DNA of 64,000 nucleotides from a virus (Duplodnaviria; Caudoviricetes): IMG/VR virus record IMGVR_UViG_2879998633_000003, positions 50,741 to 114,740 of that record; one strand, 5' to 3'. Shown piece by piece: positions 57,551 to 64,000 of this stretch (position 1 is its first letter; each line of letters starts with the position of its first letter). The notes under the pieces were generated by a model. It saw only the letters and a program-made list of their open reading frames with translations, ran no database searches and was not told where the DNA came from. The position numbers and the translations under genes were made by a program.

Positions 57551-58104
57551 ACATGGCGAAAGCCGACAGCGTTGAAGGCGATTTTCTCGGTTTGCGCGCT
57601 AAACCATAGCGGGGGTGAAATCGGGGCGGAGAAGCAGAATCCGCGATGTCGGGACTTGATACTTCCGGCCAAACCAACAAGCCGAGTGATCGCGTAACGG
57701 TCCTTTGCATCTGCCCCGGCGAGGTGGCGCCGCCGGACCGGGGTAGATGAATCGTACACAACTTGAAAGCGCATTCCATCTTCCATCGGTCGTGGGGATC
57801 GGTTTGTAACTGAAGGAGTGCGCTTCCAGTTGTGAACGGCAATATTCGCAACCGCTGTATGGCACATGCAGCGTGAGCCGCCAGAGAGTTACCTTTATCC
57901 ATGCGCTCTCAGGAATTCCGGAAGAATGTGCAAGCTAAGTGTTTCAGGCACGACGTGCGCCCCACCAGCGCGGCGAAAAGGTGTGACGCCCGGGAAGAGC
58001 CCGGGACACAACAGGAAAGAGCACTGAAGATGCCAGGAAACGCCCTACCGCTAGGCAGACAGACGGATTATCCCGTAAGGGGTAGCGGCAGTGTTCTTAC
58101 CGTT

Positions 58105-58231
58105 GTGGATGTAGCTCAATTGGTTAGAGTGCCTCCAGATGGAGGAGTTGAGCACTGCGCAAGGATCATAACCTAGCGTATCTCATGCGGCTGGCCAGAC
58201 GTTATCCGGGTTCGAGTCCCGGCGCCACAAC
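58105..58231 (+). ncRNA. tRNA-like RNA with a 4-nt anticodon-position loop and ~60-nt variable region
   Basis: TA-GCTC-AATTGGTTA-GAGT D arm; CCTCC-AGAT-GGAGG; CCGGG-TTCGAGT-CCCGG T arm; GTGG/CCAC acceptor. Confidence 0.65.
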
Positions 58232-58274
58232 CCCATCACGTAGCCAGCGTGGTAACCCGTAGTACCTGTAACGA

Positions 58275-58332
58275 AAGCTGTGTGAAGTTTTGGCGGTGCC
58301 AGTTTCCCTTTGTTTCTGGTACCGCCCTTTTT
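58275..58332 (+). ncRNA. DicF-like sRNA/terminator hairpin
   Basis: TTTGGCGGTGCCAGTTT...CCGCCCTTTTT resembles DicF; equivalent position in the leftward early operon. Confidence 0.5.
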
Positions 58333-58471
58333 ACATAAGACACAAGAGCATCACCGGGTGACGGGCTCATAACCCAATCCACCCGGGCGGCCGTCAACCG
58401 CAGATGCTCTTCTGTGTTGTGTATGGAGAAACCGTCGGCGGTGGCAGCCGCCCTAACAAAGAGGTAGTGCT

Positions 58472-58843
58472 ATGAGCAATGATCGCATGACCAATGTTCC
58501 AGATTTCCTTGGCGAACTGGATGCTGGCGTGTTCATCAACAAGATCGCCGGGGCGCTCAATACCGCCGCACTGGGCGTTTTGAACAATGGCAGCAAAGGC
58601 AAAGTAGTACTGACTTTCGACATCGATCGCATGGGCAATTCGATCGAAGAAAAGCGAGTCATGATCAAACACAAACTGCAGTACATCACCCCCACCCCGC
58701 GCGGGAAAGTTTCTGAAGAAGACACGACAGAAACGCCGATGTTTGTTAACCGCGGCGGCAAGCTGACCATCCTGCAGGAAGACCAGGGCAACCTGTTTAC
58801 TCTGGGCGGCGATCCGGATGCAAAGCTGCGGACGGGGCCATAG
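58472..58843 (+). CDS. YfdP-like phage protein
   Basis: TNVPDFLGELDAGVF...TETPMFVNRGG. Confidence 0.75.
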   Translation: MSNDRMTNVPDFLGELDAGVFINKIAGALNTAALGVLNNGSKGKVVLTFDIDRMGNSIEEKRVMIKHKLQYITPTPRGKVSEEDTTETPMFVNRGGKLTILQEDQGNLFTLGGDPDAKLRTGP

Positions 58844-58895
58844 GCCGTGACTGATGCGTTTTTAGTTTAACTACATTTTTCTTTAAGGAAATTTT

Positions 58896-59726
58896 ATGTC
58901 TCAACAATTAGATGGCAGCGCAATTAAGCAAGTTCAGGACCTGGTGCTTTCCGGTTACTACATGGAAGATATCCAGCGACTGGCATGCCCAACAGCTGTC
59001 CTCCCAGCTGGCACAGGTATCGAAAGCCTCGAACGCTTCTCCTCGGAGCGCTTTCGTTTCCGTGGTGCGATGGAAACCACAAGCATCGATGACTTTGTGC
59101 GTTATTCCTCAGGCTACGCCAAAGAAAACGAAAAAGCCCGTTGCTTTATTGATGCCGATAACATGCTGGCGCGCTCTATCTTCAACATCGGTACGCTGGA
59201 TAATCCCGGGCACGCTGATAACGTCGCCTCGATCAAGCTGAAGAAAACAGCCCCATTCCGCGCGCTGCTGTCGATCAACGGGGATCACCTTAACCAGAAG
59301 CAAATCGCCGAATGGCTGGAAGACTGGAGTGATTACCTGATTGCATTCGATGCCGACGGTAACACGATGAAAATCGCCCAGGCCGCGCAGGCAGTTCGCC
59401 GCATCACCATCCAGCAAACTAATGCCTCCGATCATGAAGATGGTGATTTCAGTGGCAAAAAGTCGCTGATGCAGAGTATCGAAGCCAGCAGTAAAGACGT
59501 GATGCCGGTGGCGTTCGAGTTCAAATGTGTGCCGTATGAAGGACTCGGAGAACGTGCATTCAGCCTGCGCAACAGCCTGCTGAAAAGTAATGATCCGGTA
59601 TTCGTCCTGCGTATCGTCCAGTTGGAAGCCCAGGAAGAAGCGATCGCCAATGAGTTCCGCGACCTGTTGATCGGTAAGTTCGACGGTAAGCCGGTCGAGG
59701 CCTTCATCGGTACTTTCAAAGCCTAA
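58896..59726 (+). CDS. YfdQ/DUF2303-family protein
   Basis: RFRFRG...PGHAD...CVPYEGL. Confidence 0.82.
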   Translation: MSQQLDGSAIKQVQDLVLSGYYMEDIQRLACPTAVLPAGTGIESLERFSSERFRFRGAMETTSIDDFVRYSSGYAKENEKARCFIDADNMLARSIFNIGTLDNPGHADNVASIKLKKTAPFRALLSINGDHLNQKQIAEWLEDWSDYLIAFDADGNTMKIAQAAQAVRRITIQQTNASDHEDGDFSGKKSLMQSIEASSKDVMPVAFEFKCVPYEGLGERAFSLRNSLLKSNDPVFVLRIVQLEAQEEAIANEFRDLLIGKFDGKPVEAFIGTFKA

Positions 59727-59861
59727 GCCTGATTGCTCAGCCTTAAATCTCCGCTGCTGCGGGGATTTATTGAAGCGTAATCCTTTTATTTATCGCCTTA
59801 TGGCGAGGTATTTCTACACCCAAATAACAGCGCTGTGCAGGCGTAACGTATGGAGAAAATA

Positions 59862-60389
59862 ATGAGCTTTATTCAAACCCTTTCAGGCAAACACTTTAAT
59901 TATCTCGATATCCAGCAAGACGCGATCGAGATAGAGGATATTGCAACCGCCCTCTCGCATATCTGCCGATTTGCCGGCCACCTGCCAGAGTTCTACAGCG
60001 TTGGACAGCACAGCGTTTTATCCAGCCTGCTCGTACCGCAGGAGTTCGCACTTGAGGCACTTCTCCACGATGCTGCCGAGGCTTATCTGCAGGATATTCC
60101 GGCTCCGCTTAAGCACCTCTTACCTGACTATTGCGCAATGGAGATTCGGGTTGATTCTGCAATACGTCAGAAATTCGGCCTGCCGGCTGAGCAGCACCCG
60201 ACCGTTAAATATGCCGACCTGGTGATGTTGGCCAGCGAACGTCGTGATTTTGAGATCGACGACGGCACTGTCTGGCCCATGCTCGAAGGCATTATTCCGA
60301 CGGATCAATTCGTTATTAATCCGGTTCGCCCAGGCCAGGCCTACGGGATGTTCATGAACCGCTTCCACCAGCTGATGGAGCGGCGCTAA
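59862..60389 (+). CDS. HD-domain 5'-deoxynucleotidase (YfdR-like)
   Basis: CRFAGH...YSVGQHS...LLHDAAEAY. Confidence 0.88.
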   Translation: MSFIQTLSGKHFNYLDIQQDAIEIEDIATALSHICRFAGHLPEFYSVGQHSVLSSLLVPQEFALEALLHDAAEAYLQDIPAPLKHLLPDYCAMEIRVDSAIRQKFGLPAEQHPTVKYADLVMLASERRDFEIDDGTVWPMLEGIIPTDQFVINPVRPGQAYGMFMNRFHQLMERR

Positions 60390-60589
60390 TGGCACATATG
60401 AAAGTTAAAGAACTGGTCGCTGCAGCTTACGCTGCGGCACCCGATCTACCACCGGAAAAAGCAGAGTTAATGCGCAATATCGCTTCACGGCTGGATGTAA
60501 CGTTCATCGCCCTTACCGAAGCAATGGACCAAAACACAGCACAGGCTGCAGTGTTGGCAGGCCTGAATGGGGTTAATAACCATGGCTAA
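60389..60589 (+). CDS. Hypothetical protein
   Basis: Translationally coupled, 66 aa. Confidence 0.65.
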   Translation: MAHMKVKELVAAAYAAAPDLPPEKAELMRNIASRLDVTFIALTEAMDQNTAQAAVLAGLNGVNNHG

Positions 60590-61367
60590 AGACTCAAAGG
60601 TTGTATACGGCGCCAGCGGCAAAACGAACGTTTTAGCGTTTGAACCTGAAAAACTGCACTTGGTTATCGACAAAACGCACCCGCTTTACGATGAGCGCAT
60701 CCACCTGCCTATCAGCGAGGCAATGGTGCTGAACATCATGGACCAGGGCGTTCTTGAGCCGATTATCGTCTGGAAAGACCCGGAGACAGGGCTGTCTTGT
60801 GTGGTTGATGGCCGCCAGCGTGTGCGCCATACACTGGAAGCTAACAAGCGTCTGACGAAAGAAGGCAAAGAACCGTTACTGGTTCCGGCAGTCGCTAAAC
60901 GTGGCTCCGCCATTCGCATGGCGCAGGCGATGGTAAGTGCTAACGAAATCCGCCAGGCAGATACACCGCTGGGCCGAGCAAAGAAAATGGCTGATGCGCT
61001 GGAGCGCGGCCACGACGAGGACGATTTAGCGCTGATGTTTGGCGTGAGTGTCCAGACCGTACGCGCAACGTTGTCATTGCTGGATGCCACCCAGGCTGTT
61101 CGGGATGCAGTGGAGTCCGGAACTGTCACCGTTACCCAGGCGCGTCAGCTTGGTGCGCTCCCACCTGAAGAACAGCGGACAAAAGTGGCAGAAATCGAGC
61201 TGGCGACCGCTGGTACCAAAGGCCACGAAAAAGCCCGTCGGCAACGTCAGATACTCGGTGAAGCAAAGCCGCGTATCAAATCGCGCAAGGAAATTGCAAA
61301 AGCCCTCGAAGATGCCAGCGGCGAATATGCCGAGGCTCTGCGCTGGGTGCTTGGGGAGGCGCAATGA
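60582..61367 (+). CDS. ParB-like N-terminal domain + HTH protein
   Basis: GVLEPIIV...VVDGRQRVR. Confidence 0.8.
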   Translation: MAKDSKVVYGASGKTNVLAFEPEKLHLVIDKTHPLYDERIHLPISEAMVLNIMDQGVLEPIIVWKDPETGLSCVVDGRQRVRHTLEANKRLTKEGKEPLLVPAVAKRGSAIRMAQAMVSANEIRQADTPLGRAKKMADALERGHDEDDLALMFGVSVQTVRATLSLLDATQAVRDAVESGTVTVTQARQLGALPPEEQRTKVAEIELATAGTKGHEKARRQRQILGEAKPRIKSRKEIAKALEDASGEYAEALRWVLGEAQ

Positions 61368-61498
61368 ACTTTGAACCTGAAAATTACAGCCGGCGCGCCC
61401 TGCTCTGGTTCGCAGCTGTGATCGAAATTGCCGGTTGGGTCGCTGTTTTCGTCGTGACCTGGGGGATCTGCATGGTTATTGAATGGGTGACAGCATGA
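61364..61498 (+). CDS. 44-aa membrane peptide
   Basis: ATGA-coupled; MNFEPENYSRRALLWFAAVIEIAGWVAVFVVTWGICMVIEWVTA*. Confidence 0.55.
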   Translation: MNFEPENYSRRALLWFAAVIEIAGWVAVFVVTWGICMVIEWVTA

Positions 61499-61959
61499 AC
61501 ATCGAAACAGTAAACGAGCTCATCGCTTCCCTGGAGTCGGCAGGCGAGCTGTCGATCAGAGAGCAGAAGTTCCTGAAGCTGGCTAAAGCATATGTGCAGC
61601 TGGCTGCGGAGAACATGTCGATGATTCGCTTGTTGACCGACATAAGCGACAACCACGTTGAATACTTCTCTGAAGGCGAAGGAACCATGTTCGCGGGTGT
61701 GCCGCTGGATTATGTTTCAGAAATCAACATGTACGTTTCCCGCGATGTTAATGCTGAAAACCCGGTCCCAGCCACCGATCGCATCTATGCCGGGATTAAG
61801 GCTGATGGGGTGGAGGAAATGGCGTCAACTTACCGCGGTTTTGCCAATAAGGATGGCTGCTCTGTAAACATGAAATGCAGCTACAACCTCACCGCAGAAC
61901 GAGCCGAAAGCTACGCGGCCTATATTCGCCACCAGATGCGCGAGGGGGCCGACAAATGA
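61495..61959 (+). CDS. Ead/Ea22-like early protein
   Basis: LESAGELSIREQK...LAAEN...PATD...KADGVE. Confidence 0.65.
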   Translation: MNIETVNELIASLESAGELSIREQKFLKLAKAYVQLAAENMSMIRLLTDISDNHVEYFSEGEGTMFAGVPLDYVSEINMYVSRDVNAENPVPATDRIYAGIKADGVEEMASTYRGFANKDGCSVNMKCSYNLTAERAESYAAYIRHQMREGADK

Positions 61960-62225
61960 GCAAGTCATACATAGTGATTCTGCAATACCTGTGGTGCAAC
62001 GAAACTGGCGGAGGCATTGAATACACCTCTGACTGCGTCAAATTTGATAAGCGCGATAAGGCTATCAGGCACGGATTTAAGCTGCGTGAAAGCGACGATT
62101 TCAACATCGGAGTTATCGAGGGCGGCAAATTGATTTCGTTTGACTGGATGGATAAGCCGGTTGGTGAAAGCGAAGACACGCTGGCACAGATTGCCGAGCT
62201 AATTAGTCCGGAGGATACAGAATGA
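61956..62225 (+). CDS. Hypothetical protein
   Basis: ATGA-coupled, RBS present. Confidence 0.6.
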   Translation: MSKSYIVILQYLWCNETGGGIEYTSDCVKFDKRDKAIRHGFKLRESDDFNIGVIEGGKLISFDWMDKPVGESEDTLAQIAELISPEDTE

Positions 62226-62330
62226 CTGATATCACCGAACTGGCGCAGCGTATGAAGACTACTGCAGAGGGCGGCGAATGAATCCATTGCTCGCATCCTG
62301 CGATGACGACGAAGATGAGGATGATGACTG

Positions 62331-62603
62331 ATGCCAAGTAAATTAAAGCGCCGGCGATGGAGGCGTATGCGGGATGATTTAGCCTGGTATAAGGATGAAG
62401 CAAAGGACCTTCATTGCCGTCTTATGGAATTAGCCGATGAAGTTGCAAACCTTCGCAAACAGATTCTCCCAGTATCTAAAACGGTGATTGCCAAACTGAA
62501 GATTTACGAAACAGATAAGGATGATCGAGACCACCAGCTATGCAGAAGATGTAATGACGGGATCCGTGGTGGTTGCTCGTCATGTGCTTATAAGGTTCGA
62601 TAA
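62331..62603 (+). CDS. Hypothetical coiled-coil + CxxC/CxxC protein
   Basis: CRRC...CSSC. Confidence 0.6.
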   Translation: MPSKLKRRRWRRMRDDLAWYKDEAKDLHCRLMELADEVANLRKQILPVSKTVIAKLKIYETDKDDRDHQLCRRCNDGIRGGCSSCAYKVR

Positions 62604-62631
62604 CCGGGTGCAGCCGGTATATGGAGAAGAA

Positions 62632-62868
62632 ATGTCACGTATGGTCTCTTTACTCGAATGGGCGAAAGATGAATTCGGCAGTGAAGCCCCTAGCGAGCGA
62701 GTATTAAAAAAATACGCTAAAGGTCAGATGATAGCACCACCACCGATGAGAGTCGGGCGGCGCTGGATGGTTGACAAAGAAGCTCGTTTTATAGGTGTAG
62801 TTGCTGAACCTCAACTTCCAATACATGTTAACCCAAAACTGAGACGGATAATTAGCGATGGCAGCTAG
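62632..62868 (+). CDS. xis: Excisionase (prophage 2)
   Basis: SLLEWA...PPPMRVGRRWMV; overlaps int. Confidence 0.85.
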   Translation: MSRMVSLLEWAKDEFGSEAPSERVLKKYAKGQMIAPPPMRVGRRWMVDKEARFIGVVAEPQLPIHVNPKLRRIISDGS

Positions 62869-64000
62869 ACCGCGTACCCATAAAATCACTATTCCAAACC
62901 TATATTGCAAACTTGATAAACGTACCGGAAAGGTTTACTGGCAATACAAACACCCTATCTCTGGTCGTTTTCATAGCCTCGGCACGGACGAAGCTGAAGC
63001 AAAGCAGGTGGCAAGTGAAGCAAATACGATTATTGCAGAGCAGCGCACCAGGCAGATCCTTGGTATTAACGAGCGTCTGGCTCGCATGAAAGGAAACCGC
63101 ACGGATATTACAGTTTCTTCATGGCTCGACAAATATGAATTGGTGCAGGAGGAAAGATTGAAACACAACGAACTGCGCCCAAACTCTTTTCGACAGAAAG
63201 CTAAACCAATCCGTCTTTTTCGTGAGCATTGTGGTATGCAATATCTAAAAGATATAACAGCACTTGATATTTCCGAAATAACAGATGCTGTTAAGGCTGA
63301 GGGTCATAACAGGATGGCTCAAGTTGTACGCATGGTACTAATAGATGTTTTTAAAGAGGCTCAACATGCTGGTCACGTTCCTCCAGGATACAACCCTGCC
63401 CAAGCAACGAAACAGCCACGAAATAAGATAAGCAGACAAAGGCTATCTCTGGAGGAATGGGAGGCTATTTATACATCCGCCGAACAACAACAACATTATT
63501 TGCAATGTGGAATGTTGCTTGCCATTGTAACAGGGCAACGCCTTGGGGATATTTGCAATATGATGTTTTCGGATGTATGGGATGATATGCTGCATATTGA
63601 GCAGGAGAAAACAGGAACTCGTTTAGCCATTCCCCTTTCTCTCAGAAATGAAGCGTTAAATATTACTCTGAGTGATGTTATTTCAAAATGTAGAGATGCT
63701 GTGGTGAGTAAATATCTTGTTCATTTTCGCCATAGCACCTCACAGGCTAGTCGTGGTGACCAAGTGTCAGCCAAAACACTTACTTCAACGTTCAAGAAAG
63801 CACGGGATAAAAGCGGTCTTACCTGGGAAGAAGGAACAGCACCGACTTTCCATGAACAGAGGTCTCTTTCAGAGCGCTTGTATCGTGAGCAAGGAATAGA
63901 CACTCAGAAACTATTGGGCCACAAAACAATGAAAATGACTGACAGATACAATGATGACCGCGGCAAAGAGTGGATCGTTGTTGGTAAAAAAGCAGTATGA
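62858..64000 (+). CDS. int: Tyrosine integrase, phage 21 type (prophage 2)
   Basis: Paralog of 1573-2700; TGQR, HEQR, LLGH, TDRY. Confidence 0.95.
   Translation: MAARPRTHKITIPNLYCKLDKRTGKVYWQYKHPISGRFHSLGTDEAEAKQVASEANTIIAEQRTRQILGINERLARMKGNRTDITVSSWLDKYELVQEERLKHNELRPNSFRQKAKPIRLFREHCGMQYLKDITALDISEITDAVKAEGHNRMAQVVRMVLIDVFKEAQHAGHVPPGYNPAQATKQPRNKISRQRLSLEEWEAIYTSAEQQQHYLQCGMLLAIVTGQRLGDICNMMFSDVWDDMLHIEQEKTGTRLAIPLSLRNEALNITLSDVISKCRDAVVSKYLVHFRHSTSQASRGDQVSAKTLTSTFKKARDKSGLTWEEGTAPTFHEQRSLSERLYREQGIDTQKLLGHKTMKMTDRYNDDRGKEWIVVGKKAV

Larger units (their letters stand above)
2972..64000. mobile_element. Prophage 2: HK97-like temperate siphophage integrated at icd; right att lies just beyond the window
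   Basis: Complete lambdoid gene order from att core to int. Confidence 0.92.

Noticed and set aside
57456-58176. ORFs of 88-148 aa in the pL leader
   Set aside because: No RBS or family motifs; region is dominated by RNA-like stems
58105-58231. Functional tRNA gene or tRNA att site
   Set aside because: No 7-nt anticodon loop, oversized variable region, and the phage att is in icd
62222-62330. Ead/Ea22-like gene starting MTDITELAQRMK
   Set aside because: Stops after 19 codons; a deletion remnant common in this mosaic region
1-64000. CRISPR array, retron or diversity-generating retroelement
   Set aside because: No regularly spaced identical repeats, cas genes or reverse transcriptase motifs seen; the structured leader at 7295-7526 has no RT partner

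Overview
Enterobacterial chromosome (Klebsiella-like by inference) carrying two phage-21-type lambdoid prophages stacked at icd. Bases 1-2981 are the end of prophage 1: exonuclease, xis, int and a displaced icd 3' copy with the att core TGCTGCGCCA. Bases ~2972-64000 are almost all of prophage 2, which has an HK97-like head, a long-tail module, a lambda-type lysis cassette, Q, three methyltransferases, replication and immunity genes, and xis-int. Main points: (i) a serine-invertase-driven ~4.2 kb invertible cassette with hix/gix-like sites that swaps two different tailspike/depolymerase bodies onto one N-terminal anchor; (ii) a cargo island at the left end with a TM-HEPN gene, AbiH between two dead SRAP copies, and an uncharacterised two-gene operon (LOTUS/UPF0158-like + RelE-like) behind a structured leader, with a 24-bp palindrome recurring at the cargo boundaries; (iii) a ~1.1 kb pL leader that reads as an ncRNA array, with three related long stems, a tRNA-like element lacking a normal anticodon loop and a DicF-like hairpin; (iv) an RprA-like sRNA, an Acb2-like anti-CBASS gene with a 1-nt frameshift, an orphan TAXI binding protein, a SMEK gene between Q and pR', and a T17-tract YebO-like moron; (v) an IS66 element inserted in the 3' end of cro. 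Family calls are from motif recognition by eye; no database searches were run.
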